Origin: Promethearchaeota archaeon | Lineage (GTDB): Archaea > Asgardarchaeota > Hermodarchaeia > Hermodarchaeales > Hermodarchaeaceae | Assembly: GCA_048938385.1 (NCBI GenBank) | Contig: JBHLMG010000014.1 | Coordinates: forward strand, 1-61,124 | DNA: 61,124 bases | Direction: 5' to 3' | Shown: in pieces, positions 29,811 through 40,204 of the stretch | Position numbering within the stretch: the first letter of the stretch is position 1 | Layout of the letters: every line of letters begins with the position of its first letter | Translations under genes and position numbers: made by a program | Notes under the pieces: model-generated | Told to the model about the DNA's origin: nothing | Database searches by the model: none | The model's input: the letters and a program-made list of their open reading frames with translations, nothing else

Positions 29811-31004
29811 TTAGTTTTCTGGTTTCCGAAGTTTTGCAATAAAATGTCCAGGGAGGTCGTGAATATCAGGATAGATACGTTGGACGCGGCGGCAAAATTG
29901 TGGATTTCCCACGAGACCAATGGTTCCCTGATAAGGCGTATGGGGTTCCAAGGAGAAATTCAATGAATCCATCAAATACCTTATGTTATCTTCGTTTTCT
30001 TCCACCGTTAGAGTACATGTAGAGTAAACAAGAATTCCTCCAGGTCGGAGGGCTTTCACAGCCGATTCCAGAATGTCGCGTTGATAGGATGCCGTACTAT
30101 GAATTCGGGCAACGGTCGTATCATCATAGAGTTTCGGACGAACCCCTAAGGCAGTGCAAGGTGGGTCTACTAGAACACGATCGGCTTGAAGCTTGGGGTG
30201 TTGCGTTATAAATTCCTTAGCGCGACCGACAAAGGGGGTGATGCAAGTGATGCCTAAGCGAGCTGTTTCCGACACGAGGCGTTCAATTCGCCGAAGAGAA
30301 CGGTCAACTGCAATTACTCGACCTTGATTGTCGAGAAGTTGAGCAATATGCGTTGATTTACCACCGGGAGCAGCGCAGAAATCAATGATAGTGTCTTCCG
30401 GTTGGGGATTCAAAATGGGTGCTACTAACATCGCCGGAAGAGATTGCGAGTAAAAGAGTCCCCTTTGGTAGGCATCAAGATCGGAGATGCTTGGAAGGGT
30501 GTAAAAAGTATCGGTAATTTTCACCGCAATACCATGTTTTTGAGCCTGTATTTTATTACTGGCGATTTGGGCTTTACCGCTGCCAACGATATGACCCCGA
30601 GGATTCACAACCGTAACCTTTGCACCTTTTTCAAATCGATCAGTGCGTTTGACCCCCGGACAGAAGAGATGACTTCCCAGTAGAACATTTTCACTGCTGA
30701 CTTTATCTGCCACGATGAGGTGTTTATGGTGAGGAACTGGACCAGCGGGATCTATGCGAAGAGCTACGGCGTTGAGTTCTTCATTAGCGATTATCGCAGA
30801 TATTCCCTCTTTTTCCAACTGCGTGATGAGGGCTTCGCTGGTTATGCGCAAGGTATTGGTTCGAAGGAAAAAATGAGATCCTGGCTGCCTAAGTGCGGTG
30901 GCTAATCGGTGGGTTCGCTCTTCGCCAAAGAGGTCAATGAAATATTGTTGCAACTCAGCGCTAAATTGAGATTCCTTGGGTAGTGGGATCCCAGCCTTAA
31001 TCAC
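29811..31004 (-). CDS. PUA-containing RNA m5C methyltransferase (NSUN6-like)
   Basis: PUA insert plus DFCAAPGGKS, DPPC, YSTCT, EENE. Confidence 0.88.
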   Translation of the reverse strand: MIKAGIPLPKESQFSAELQQYFIDLFGEERTHRLATALRQPGSHFFLRTNTLRITSEALITQLEKEGISAIIANEELNAVALRIDPAGPVPHHKHLIVADKVSSENVLLGSHLFCPGVKRTDRFEKGAKVTVVNPRGHIVGSGKAQIASNKIQAQKHGIAVKITDTFYTLPSISDLDAYQRGLFYSQSLPAMLVAPILNPQPEDTIIDFCAAPGGKSTHIAQLLDNQGRVIAVDRSLRRIERLVSETARLGITCITPFVGRAKEFITQHPKLQADRVLVDPPCTALGVRPKLYDDTTVARIHSTASYQRDILESAVKALRPGGILVYSTCTLTVEENEDNIRYLMDSLNFSLEPHTPYQGTIGLVGNPQFCRRVQRIYPDIHDLPGHFIAKLRKPEN

Positions 31005-31028
31005 AGTTAGTCAGCTCTAGCATAGGGA

Positions 31029-31943
31029 CTAACCGGGATTAATGTAAAAGTTTCCTTCTGCGATGAGTTTCACTTTTCCAGATACATAGACGCTTTGAGG
31101 GGTATCCCCCCCGACGACTTCAGCTATAAGCTGGCTGGGTCGGCGAATTTCATAACCTTGTTCAATGATGATAGGCTCTCCTTGTTTCGCTCGTTTCAAA
31201 ACATCATGATATTCCAAGTACGCTGCGATAGGACCTGCTGCACTTCCTGTGGCTGGATCCTCTAACACGCCCACATCTGGAGCAAACATGCGTACATGCA
31301 CATCCGATTCAGAGTGGACAGTTTCCGTCGTGAGGAGGACAATGTTTGATGAGGTTTGGTTGGCGAGAATTTGGAGGATGAGCGACCCGTTAGGTTGGGC
31401 TCGTTGTATCGCCGCAAGAGATGTTATTGGGACGATGAGAAAAGGATGCCCCGTTGCGACAAAAAGCATGGGAAGTTCATCAGAGATGGCATTAGATGCC
31501 AAACCCACACTCTGTGCAATTCCCTCGTAATCTGTGAATTTATCGAGGTACTTTGGCTGTGGCTGGTTCATCCGGATGACATCTGCTGGGCCAAATTCAA
31601 CTGGAATAGCGCCGATTCCTAATTCTAAGGTTGCTTGAGTCATTTCCTCGGGGAGAAGTTTTTTGTGACGCAAGACAAAAGCGGTACCGAGGGTTGGATG
31701 ACCCGCAAAGGCAATTTCATTCGCAGGAGTAAAGATGCGTACCCGCGCTGCACAATCTTTTAGTTTAGAGGTTTCGATGAATGTCGTTTCTGAGAAATTC
31801 ATTTCTAAGGCGATGCCTTGCATGATTTCCGTGTTGATTTGAGCGTTCATATCCTTCTTCCAGAAAGTAGCTAGCTGATTACCGCCAAACGCATGACGAT
31901 CATCTACAAACACACTAGTCTGTACATAAGGGAGCATAAGCAT
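31029..31943 (-). CDS. PhzF family isomerase
   Basis: GGNQLA, NFSETTF, RIFTP, FAGHPT, EDPATGSA; start reassigned to ATG 31943. Confidence 0.92.
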   Translation of the reverse strand: MLMLPYVQTSVFVDDRHAFGGNQLATFWKKDMNAQINTEIMQGIALEMNFSETTFIETSKLKDCAARVRIFTPANEIAFAGHPTLGTAFVLRHKKLLPEEMTQATLELGIGAIPVEFGPADVIRMNQPQPKYLDKFTDYEGIAQSVGLASNAISDELPMLFVATGHPFLIVPITSLAAIQRAQPNGSLILQILANQTSSNIVLLTTETVHSESDVHVRMFAPDVGVLEDPATGSAAGPIAAYLEYHDVLKRAKQGEPIIIEQGYEIRRPSQLIAEVVGGDTPQSVYVSGKVKLIAEGNFYINPG

Positions 31944-32159
31944 TAACTTCACCATCGGGGAAATGTACTCAGATGAGGGGGAAGAGCTTTTCCATAGCGG
32001 TGAAACCAAAAATCGTTCTGAACTGGCACGAATGGTAAATTGGGGAGAATGGTAATTGCCTAATGCAAAACCCAATAGTGGTATTGCTTCAAGGCAAGAG
32101 CGCTTTATATAGTTCAAATCCAAGGGTAGGAGGAAAGGTTTGTTCTTGGTGATGTTGGA

Positions 32160-32363
32160 ATGATCGAGTTCAACGCGCATGTTACCAAAGGAAACAAGGT
32201 TCAGCTCCCTGAATGGCTCGTGGAAAGCGCTGGTCTGAAAGAAGGCGATGTGCTACGGTTAGCGGTACTTCATAAAGTCATCGTGCAAATGGAAGAACAG
32301 CCAGCGAAGCAACCCACCACGAAAGCGAAGCCTAAAACCAAAGCGGCGAAAAAATCCGAGTAA
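32160..32363 (+). CDS. AbrB/MazE-type DNA-binding protein
   Basis: KVQLPE...GLKEGDVL. Confidence 0.7.
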   Translation: MIEFNAHVTKGNKVQLPEWLVESAGLKEGDVLRLAVLHKVIVQMEEQPAKQPTTKAKPKTKAAKKSE

Positions 32364-32431
32364 CGCCCTTAATATTTTTGTTATCCTTTATTGAATTTCT
32401 GAACTCAGATGAAAACGCGTTCTCGGCTGGA

Positions 32432-35400
32432 CTAAAGTAAATTGTTGAGGAGCCGTTGAAGGTCTTCAAGTTGCGTTTGATTAGGTGGATTTATGAACAG
32501 CGCAGATCGAATCGTTTGCTCTTCTTTAGGATGAAGGTAGAGGAGATTGAGTGCGAAGAACCAGCTAACTTCATGGGTGGAGAAGATTAGCATATTTGAC
32601 TGGGTTGACGCGGTCAGAAAAGCGATCCCCTCTGAGGTGGTGGTTTCCGATGTATTGCGACGGAGCCAAGCGAGGTTGATATCGGGGCGGAATGCAGCAG
32701 GAATTGGACTGCCATGAAGCGTTGTTGAAGTACCACCCCATTGTGCTTGGAGAAGCGCGTTAGAGAGATCGCCATTAAATGCAGCATCCAAGCCTTGCAA
32801 GAACATTAATTGAAGAGGGGCTTTAGTGGCATTTCGGATTTTCCAGTTAGATAAGATTAAAGGACTGCCAGCGGCCGTTAGATATTGGAGCCGGAAATCG
32901 ACTCCACGACAGCAGTCCTGTAACTTACCTTTCCATTGAATTTCTACACCCCGCCAAAGTTCACCGACTTGACAGCTTTTCGCTCGCATCTTTTCTTGAT
33001 TGGTGTTCGCTTGGAAGATCTCTTCATCGACAGTTGATACAAAAGATTGCCATCCCCCGAAATAATTTTGTAAAAAGATCTTTGGTGTGGGTGTGGGAAA
33101 TGCGGAATTTAGAAGTTCAGTTCCAAACGAGTTTCTAAGTGAGTAGAGCGTCCCCCCATATTGAGGTGAGACTTTGAATTGGAGTACACCATTCGAGATC
33201 TGATAACTTAGTAACCCCTGATCTTCTTCTTCAAGGATTTTAACAGATTTTCTTGATGACCCCAATTGGACTATCGGAAACGATTGGCGTTCTTCAATAG
33301 GAATTTTCCAATTCACATATCCTTTGTAAATCGCAAAGGTGTTCGGAATTGTTTGGTCTGGTTTAAGAGTGAGATGAAGCTGGGGGTTATTCGATTTGGT
33401 AATGTTTTCTAACAGTAATGATGAGCTGGCTTTTCCTTCCTTTCCAGAACAAATGGTAGCCGTCCAACCTGATGGCGGATTAATGGTTAGTTGACCGGAT
33501 TGGGGCATGGCAGCGACATATTGAAGCTGATATTTCTGGTGTATGGTGCTTCTGTACGGAATGATAAGCGGTGGGGGGGCGATTTTCATGATGGGAGTAG
33601 TTGGTAGAAGAAGGTGTTCTTCCCGTTCAGAGAGAATTTGATGGAGAACCTTTTCCTGCCAGGTTCGCCGGATCGCCTCCCTACTTGCGGCTTTTGTAAT
33701 TTGCCATACTTGGCTTAGGCACTGTTTTTCCTGAGGTGCAAGGGTTATTGAGCAGTAGCTCAGCCTCGTGATTCGACCTAATGCAATTTGAATTTCTTCT
33801 ACATTTTGTGGGTTCCAAACTTGACCTCGCGTCAATGAGGGTAATTCTGCAGCTACCCAGGTTTCTCTAAAGTTCTTCGGGTCGCCAGGTATCGCTGGAT
33901 AAGTGGAGAGAAGACTTGACAAGCGGTCTTCAAGGATTCCGGATTGAAGAGGAATTATCACTTTTCCTCCCTCAAGCGATATTCCCCCTGGTCCATCTAA
34001 CCGTAGTTGGAAGGTGTGATTTTCTGATCCAATGTTGGTGACCCAAATTTCTTGTTGGACAACCGGTGAGTGATGATCAAAAATAACTCGTGTTTCAACA
34101 AGAAGTGGTCGTTCAAAGTGTTGCGCACTAAGAGAGACCACCGTGGAAGATTCAGTGTGTTCAATTTGGACTTCTTGTTCAGCATATCTGAAAGGACTGA
34201 GTCCAAAGGGTGGTCCAATTTCACGGCGAAGGAACAGTGAACTTCCGATCGCGAAAGGGTAGGAGAAAGTGACCGTACCACCTTCACGGGCTAGATGAAC
34301 AGTATAATCCTTAGTAATGGCAAGAATGCGGCGTCGTCGATCATCTTCTCCAATAGCTACATATCCATCCGTGATGTTAAAGATTGGAATTCGAAACCTG
34401 CGGGTCGTAACCGAGATTTCATTACCCTTTGTTGTGTTGAGTTGCAGCGATGCCCAGATATCATAGGTGCCTGGTGGGAGGTTTTTATCTGCGGCTATTT
34501 CTATTGTGGCTCCTGTAAATCCCTTTGATTTCATTTTTAGGTTCATTTCAGGTGAATCAATGGTGAGGGGAACTTCTGGGAGATGAAATCGGATTATTCC
34601 CTCGAAAGGGAGTGAGGTGTTATTTCTAATGGTCACTGGAAGGGTAATCTTTCCTCTTGGGACGAGACGACAATGCCCAAATTGCATCTGGATTTCTGCT
34701 ACTGGCTGAATCTTCATTCCCGTGTATAGCTGTGCTTGTTTTCCGTTGATGTGCAAGTTGGCAGTAATCATGGGGCTTTTGAAGTCCTTCCGAAATAGTG
34801 GGGCAGTTGAATCGAGGGAGAAGGGAATCCTGATGGAGGTTCCTCCATGAGGAGGGAGGGTTAAGGAATGATTGGTGTTGCCATCGAAGTGAAGCCCAGC
34901 AAAGCCTTTGAGCTCGACAGAAAAGGAGCAGGCCTCGTTTGATTCGTTTTTCACTTCAAGGATGTATTCAGAAGGGATTCCGCAGAAGACGACATGATCC
35001 TTGACTCGGGCATTTACTTGCAACCGGCGTCCTTCAACAGTGTAGTCGACTCCTGATATGGCATTGGCATATCGGTCAACAATGACCTGTAATTTGTCAG
35101 AACCGGCTTGAAACGAATACGTGTATACTTTCATACCGTCCTGCTGCATATCGTCAGGTGCTTGTGTAAGCTCTCGTTGCTGAAAGGTATACCACCCCAG
35201 TGGGTCATCGTGGACCAAGAAGAAGGGAGCACATAAGGGGTGCTGGAGGATGGCAGGTATGAAGCCGCGCATGAGCACGCCCTCGCCTTCAGGATCCCAC
35301 ATTAATCCCATTTTTTTGTACAAAGGCACTGCTCGAAGATTACCTGCCCATGTGTAAAGGTCGACGCGATGAAAGCCCTTTTGGGTGGCTATCGCTAAAC

Positions 35401-35737
35401 CGCGTAATAGTAGACGCTTGCCCACCTTCTTTCCAAGAACTCTTTTAGAGACTCCTAAAAGACCAATATACGCTGCTTCGGAATCTCGCCAATGCTGTAG
35501 GAGCGAACAATATCCAACCGTTTCCTTTGTCGTCTTATCCCAAGCAATCAGGTGTGCAATAACTCTCTGGGATCCAAAATCTCGATTAACCCGTTCCGGG
35601 GTATAAGGAACCCCTTGCGTAAAGCTACCAGGCCAAAGTTCATCCCACGCATTAAACATCGCAGCCATTGGTGCTGCTAAATCTTTCCGATAACCTTCAA
35701 TAATCTCCAGGTTCAGTTGATTCGTCATACCGTCCAA
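32432..35737 (-). CDS. Large protein with N-terminal GNAT domain
   Basis: GKKVGKRLL, TWAGNLRAVPLYKKMG; long beta-rich C-terminal region. Confidence 0.8.
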   Translation of the reverse strand: MDGMTNQLNLEIIEGYRKDLAAPMAAMFNAWDELWPGSFTQGVPYTPERVNRDFGSQRVIAHLIAWDKTTKETVGYCSLLQHWRDSEAAYIGLLGVSKRVLGKKVGKRLLLRGLAIATQKGFHRVDLYTWAGNLRAVPLYKKMGLMWDPEGEGVLMRGFIPAILQHPLCAPFFLVHDDPLGWYTFQQRELTQAPDDMQQDGMKVYTYSFQAGSDKLQVIVDRYANAISGVDYTVEGRRLQVNARVKDHVVFCGIPSEYILEVKNESNEACSFSVELKGFAGLHFDGNTNHSLTLPPHGGTSIRIPFSLDSTAPLFRKDFKSPMITANLHINGKQAQLYTGMKIQPVAEIQMQFGHCRLVPRGKITLPVTIRNNTSLPFEGIIRFHLPEVPLTIDSPEMNLKMKSKGFTGATIEIAADKNLPPGTYDIWASLQLNTTKGNEISVTTRRFRIPIFNITDGYVAIGEDDRRRRILAITKDYTVHLAREGGTVTFSYPFAIGSSLFLRREIGPPFGLSPFRYAEQEVQIEHTESSTVVSLSAQHFERPLLVETRVIFDHHSPVVQQEIWVTNIGSENHTFQLRLDGPGGISLEGGKVIIPLQSGILEDRLSSLLSTYPAIPGDPKNFRETWVAAELPSLTRGQVWNPQNVEEIQIALGRITRLSYCSITLAPQEKQCLSQVWQITKAASREAIRRTWQEKVLHQILSEREEHLLLPTTPIMKIAPPPLIIPYRSTIHQKYQLQYVAAMPQSGQLTINPPSGWTATICSGKEGKASSSLLLENITKSNNPQLHLTLKPDQTIPNTFAIYKGYVNWKIPIEERQSFPIVQLGSSRKSVKILEEEDQGLLSYQISNGVLQFKVSPQYGGTLYSLRNSFGTELLNSAFPTPTPKIFLQNYFGGWQSFVSTVDEEIFQANTNQEKMRAKSCQVGELWRGVEIQWKGKLQDCCRGVDFRLQYLTAAGSPLILSNWKIRNATKAPLQLMFLQGLDAAFNGDLSNALLQAQWGGTSTTLHGSPIPAAFRPDINLAWLRRNTSETTTSEGIAFLTASTQSNMLIFSTHEVSWFFALNLLYLHPKEEQTIRSALFINPPNQTQLEDLQRLLNNLL

Positions 35738-35837
35738 CCTACGATTAAGTAATCAGCAGAAGTGTTTCGATGTGGTCTGAGTGCAAATACATCAGTAAAT
35801 AGATTACCAAATTGGTGATTCCTAGAAAAAGGGGTCA

Positions 35838-35887
35838 AAAAATAAACATATCATTCGCCCGCTGTGCGTCCACAACGAGCGAATGAT
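35838..35887 (-). terminator. Hairpin plus U-tract after the small ORF
   Basis: ATCATTCGC/GCGAATGAT stem followed on the minus strand by GTTTATTTTTT. Confidence 0.45.
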
Positions 35888-35945
35888 GATGGGGACCTAC
35901 CCATCCCCACAGTAATCATTGTTTGTAGCAAACAGTGGTAATTTG

Positions 35946-36098
35946 CTACCATCTTTCGCCTTTGCGTGATGTCACGATCTTGTATGCTTGTTGAAAACCC
36001 CGTGTGGGATGGGGGTTGTGGCAGCCGAGGGCTGCGCGTTCTCCGACAGTAACCTTGTCGAAGTGTACTTTCTTTCCTTTCTTCTTTCCAAGAGCCAC
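35946..36098 (-). CDS. Small basic hypothetical protein (50 aa, absent from ORF track)
   Basis: GGTGA SD then GTG: MALGKKKGKKVHFDKVTVGERAALGCHNPHPTRGFQQAYKIVTSRKGERW. Confidence 0.55.
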   Translation of the reverse strand: MALGKKKGKKVHFDKVTVGERAALGCHNPHPTRGFQQAYKIVTSRKGERW

Positions 36099-36324
36099 TT
36101 TTGTTCACCATATCGATGGTTGCTCTGAGGGAAGGATAGCAGCGCAGGCTCATATATTCACGGGAACCGGACGGTTAGGAAATCCTCAAAAGTTTGGCTC
36201 TAAAGGTACTAAACGCGAACCACCAAGTTCACTTTTTTTCACGCTCAGAAAACGCACCTTAGATTCAAGCTTTCATCAAAAAAGGAAAAGGCGAGGAAGA
36301 GCAAGCCCTTCCTCGAGTTCAGAA

Positions 36325-37071
36325 CTAGCTGCTCTGAATTTTTCCAAGTTTTTGGGCGATTTCTTGGAGGATCTCCCGCATTTCCCGAAGGGTGAGAAGA
36401 ATCTCATCGTCTAAAGTGTCAGGAAGCCTTGGAACGGGTTCTTCGTGGCGTGACACGACTTCTGTCCCCGTGGCATAGGGTGCTCGGAACGTTCGTAGTT
36501 CTTGGAGAATGAAGTCGCGTAGCTCCTCGTAGAATTCAAAACCCTCTAATTTTTCTTCGGGGCCTGATTGTTTCCCAGAATACCCCGCGGTTTCGATATT
36601 AACATTACCAATACCGAAGAGCCGGTCAAAGGGTCCTGCGGTGGTGCTAATGTTGGTGATGGTCCGAAAAGGTACATGCTTTCGCGTAATTCGAATAATT
36701 CCTTTCCGTACATACACTTCAGGCATTGTTTCGCCCGACTCAGCGATAACCGAATATTCAATACTTCTGACATAGAGGGGTGTTAGGATCCAGGCCGGAA
36801 TCAACCAAATCAGGTTAAAAATCCACATCCCAATATTCAGCGACAGCCGCCAGGTTGTAAGCCACACTAATGCATCCGGATCTTCTAAAGCAATGAGGGG
36901 ACCAATTCCTTCAACAAATAATAGGAACAGACCATAAAAGACTAGGGCTACAACAATTTGCTCAAGCCAATTCTTATTTCGCAAAGCCTTAGAAGGCTTA
37001 AACACCCGACCGCTAGTGATCTTTTTGCCAGGAGGTTTAATCACCCGAGCTTCTTCAAATTCCTTACCCAA
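36325..37071 (-). CDS. Membrane protein with bacterial PH (bPH_2) domain
   Basis: 2 TM, then VPFRTITNI...GPFDRLFGIGNVNIETAG. Confidence 0.85.
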   Translation of the reverse strand: MGKEFEEARVIKPPGKKITSGRVFKPSKALRNKNWLEQIVVALVFYGLFLLFVEGIGPLIALEDPDALVWLTTWRLSLNIGMWIFNLIWLIPAWILTPLYVRSIEYSVIAESGETMPEVYVRKGIIRITRKHVPFRTITNISTTAGPFDRLFGIGNVNIETAGYSGKQSGPEEKLEGFEFYEELRDFILQELRTFRAPYATGTEVVSRHEEPVPRLPDTLDDEILLTLREMREILQEIAQKLGKIQSS

Positions 37072-37632
37072 TTATTCCACACTCCGTTGATACCGTGGTA
37101 TCTCTTTTGCGGCAAGTTTATTGAAAATTGCTATGGACTGCTGTGTCATGGGAAGTCTTGTTTCATCTGGGCGCAGGGTTATACCATATTCTTCTATGAT
37201 CGCATTGAGAGTTTGTCGACATTCATATTGTTTGGGACAGTCTTGGCAAAGCTTACCTGCATATGACTGGTGTTTGTACCAGACGACCATGCCCATTTTG
37301 ATTGTGAAGACGATGTAGACTTGGGTGTTGGCTTGATAGTCGAATCCTATCAAAAGTCCTTTGTAATCAAGCAAACTTTCGACATCCAAGCGATGACTCC
37401 GGGCATGTTCCTGCAGTACCTTCGCAATCTTTTTTCTTGCACGATTTAACACACGAGATACATACGACACAGACCAACTCTCCTTTTTGCTAGCGCTGGC
37501 GATATCGCTGGTTGAGTGTCCTTTTTGGAACTGCTGCCACACGATCTCTTCATCGGGAGAGAGAAGTCTCATCGCGTTTTTCCTCGTTTTCTCGTTTGTA
37601 CATGGCAAATTCCTATCTTTTCCTTTGGACAA
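37072..37632 (-). CDS. HTH transcriptional regulator
   Basis: STSDIA...SYVSRVLNRARKKI; CxxCP motif near C-terminus. Confidence 0.7.
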   Translation of the reverse strand: MSKGKDRNLPCTNEKTRKNAMRLLSPDEEIVWQQFQKGHSTSDIASASKKESWSVSYVSRVLNRARKKIAKVLQEHARSHRLDVESLLDYKGLLIGFDYQANTQVYIVFTIKMGMVVWYKHQSYAGKLCQDCPKQYECRQTLNAIIEEYGITLRPDETRLPMTQQSIAIFNKLAAKEIPRYQRSVE

Positions 37633-38162
37633 GATTTTGCCACATGTTTACTATAAATTAGTAAACATTTATAAACTTTTGTATAGCAGCAGGAGCCAAT
37701 TCAGGCTACATGCGAAGCTGTTACCGCATCTAGCCCGACACAGCCCGACACCCAATTCAGTAAAAACTAGGCGTCAAGGCCATTTTTCGATCGGAATTGA
37801 ATTGTAAAAGGAGAACCGGATTCCAATGCTTCCAAAGAACACCAGACACGGCACTCTTCATCATTTTCCTGCTTGCGAGCCTCGTTACAATATGTGACCT
37901 CAACACCTACATTTACTCACATTGTATAAGTCCCAAATGACCAATTTTGTACTCGGTATATGATAGGACACGCTGTATGTCCTCGATGACTACTTTTTGT
38001 ATGACTATATGACATGACACAGCCTGAATATCCCGATTACCGATTTTTTGGTCGTATAGTGATAGGACTCGCACTTGAAGAAGCGGATAAAAGAAGGAGT
38101 TGTTCACAAATATTGCATTTAAAGCACTGTAAAGGGTATGGATGAACACTTAGCACAATTAG

Positions 38163-39065
38163 TTGGAATTCCTCATGCCAGTTATTCGTACACCGGAGAA
38201 GCGATTCGAAATTATCCAAGATTTCCCGTACATGTCACGATACATGGAAGTCAATGGACTCCGCGTTCATTACATAGATGAGGGCAAAGGTCACCCGATT
38301 CTGTGTCTGCATGGTGAGCCAACATGGTCCTATTTGTATCGTAAAATGGTTCCTGCCCTATCAGCTAATCACCGGATGTTAGCATTCGACTTCATTGGAT
38401 TTGGACGGTCTGACAAATTTACTACTCACGCCGAGTACACTTATCAAATGCTCAAAGACACCCTTAAAGGCTTCATCTATAACCTCGACTTACTGGATCT
38501 GACACTAGTTGTACAGGATTGGGGTGGGATGGTTGGATTACGGGTTGCTACTGAAATTCCAGAACGGTTCGCCAGACTTGTAATCATGAATACAGGATTA
38601 TCCACAGGAAAACATGTAGGACGCGGTTTTCTTAACTGGCGTCAGTTCGTTGAGAGTGTACAAGATCTTCCCATAGGGCAAATCATACGCATGGGAACAG
38701 TGCAAGGTGACAAGCTTCCTCCAGAAGTAATCGCGGCATATGAAGCGCCTTTTCCCGACGCCTCCTATAAAACGGGGGCAAAAGTATTGCCATTAATGGT
38801 GCCTATCAGCCCGGATGATCTGCTTGTTCCTGAAATGCGTGAAGCTCGAGAACAGCTTGCGAAATGGAGTAAACCTGCACTTGTGATGTTTTCAGATAGT
38901 GACCCGGTTACAGGCAGGTCGTACAAATTCTTCCGTGAATTAATTCCCACAGCAAAAGAGCAGCCTGAAATCATCATCAAAGGTGCTGGACATTTTCTTC
39001 AAGAAGACAAAGGAGAGGAAATCGCCCAGCAGATTCTCGCATTCATCAATCGCACTCCCATCTAA
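38163..39065 (+). CDS. Haloalkane dehalogenase
   Basis: RTP..RF, HGEPTWSYLYR, GFGRSDK, QDWGG, HFLQED. Confidence 0.93.
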   Translation: MEFLMPVIRTPEKRFEIIQDFPYMSRYMEVNGLRVHYIDEGKGHPILCLHGEPTWSYLYRKMVPALSANHRMLAFDFIGFGRSDKFTTHAEYTYQMLKDTLKGFIYNLDLLDLTLVVQDWGGMVGLRVATEIPERFARLVIMNTGLSTGKHVGRGFLNWRQFVESVQDLPIGQIIRMGTVQGDKLPPEVIAAYEAPFPDASYKTGAKVLPLMVPISPDDLLVPEMREAREQLAKWSKPALVMFSDSDPVTGRSYKFFRELIPTAKEQPEIIIKGAGHFLQEDKGEEIAQQILAFINRTPI

Positions 39066-39553
39066 ATGAAGATTAATGAGCCAACAGGACAGGTTGGTTG
39101 TCATTCCTCCTCTTTGAAAATGATTATTACTACAAGTGATTCTAGTGATAGAAAAGGGTCGGGTCTTTCTCAAGGAATTTTGGTTAGAATAACCCTGAAG
39201 GTTATCGGTTTATCCTATTTTCACTATTTTACAAGATGTGAGTATAGTTACATTATGTGACCTCTGAAAGTGAGCCCAAATGGTGAGTCCGCCTTATATA
39301 AGCCGCAGCCTCATGCTTTCTTCGGTGACAACCGTTGCAAAAAATGAACAACACTCATGATATGAACAGGGGCACAGGACGCGATTATACCCGAAACTTG
39401 GTCTGGTTTACCTGCCGCAACTAAAACGGCAAGTTGGATCGTTCCGGATGTGCCCTGGCTTCAGGGGGCTCGGGCGGAAATGGGCACGAGTCCCGTCTTT
39501 TCTCTTTTTCTTAAACCTCTTATTGTCGTGTGTGAATAGATGTCTGGAGCTGA

Positions 39554-40204
39554 ATGATAATGCCCAACCAGAACACTGGGTGCTACTTGTGTCAGAACCC
39601 AGTCGAATTCGCGTGCACAGAATGCAACCGACACATCTGCGGAAAGCATGGACGAATCCGAATCCTCTGCACGGCTTGCGTGGAACTCGCAATTGCTCTT
39701 CAGGAGCCGGGTAAATACACAATAGGGCAAGCAAGCTGTGCTGATGTGGAGCCACTCGAAGAATTGGTGGTGCGCTTTTGGGGCGACCCGGAACAGCTGA
39801 TGTTTGATCAACGCTTCAGGGTTAGCAAGCAGCCAGCGATTGTGGCGAAAAGTGATAATAAAATCGTTGGGTTCATTTTCTACACCCCTTTTCAAGAAGC
39901 TGCTGTGCTCATTGTGGCATTAGGCGTTCTCGCCCCGTTTCAAGGAAGAGGCATTGGTCGTGCGTTGCTACAGCAAGTCGAAGATTACGCTAGAAATGAA
40001 GCTAAACAGGAGCTGCTCGTTGTCACCTCGAACGATAACCTTCCTGCTCTGGCTTTCTACCAACAACAGGGATTCCAGCTTTTTGAAGTCGCCCCGGATG
40101 TGATAGCACAAAAATTAGGAAGCCTTCAACTAGGCATCAGCAACATCCCAATTCGCGACGAACTCCGCTTCCGCAAATCGCTGACCCAATCTTCAACCGG
40201 TTAA
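39554..40204 (+). CDS. GNAT acetyltransferase with N-terminal zinc finger
   Basis: CxxC..CxxC..CxxH..CxxC; QGRGIG; TSNDNLPALAFYQ; IPIRDE. Confidence 0.85.
   Translation: MIMPNQNTGCYLCQNPVEFACTECNRHICGKHGRIRILCTACVELAIALQEPGKYTIGQASCADVEPLEELVVRFWGDPEQLMFDQRFRVSKQPAIVAKSDNKIVGFIFYTPFQEAAVLIVALGVLAPFQGRGIGRALLQQVEDYARNEAKQELLVVTSNDNLPALAFYQQQGFQLFEVAPDVIAQKLGSLQLGISNIPIRDELRFRKSLTQSSTG

Noticed and set aside
32385-32430. GAATTTCTGAAC as another repeat copy
   Set aside because: Only about 12 nt match, with no extension.
35882-36128. C/D box sRNA (ATGATGA ... CTGA), or SRP/RNase P RNA
   Set aside because: The boxes are about 240 nt apart, and no SRP helix 8 or RNase P P4 motifs were seen.
35851-36153. 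100-aa minus-strand ORF in the track
   Set aside because: Unprotein-like composition; the overlapping 50-aa frame has an SD and is preferred.
37913-38149. 78-aa minus-strand ORF as a gene
   Set aside because: No motif or SD; it may be decayed sequence but cannot be supported.
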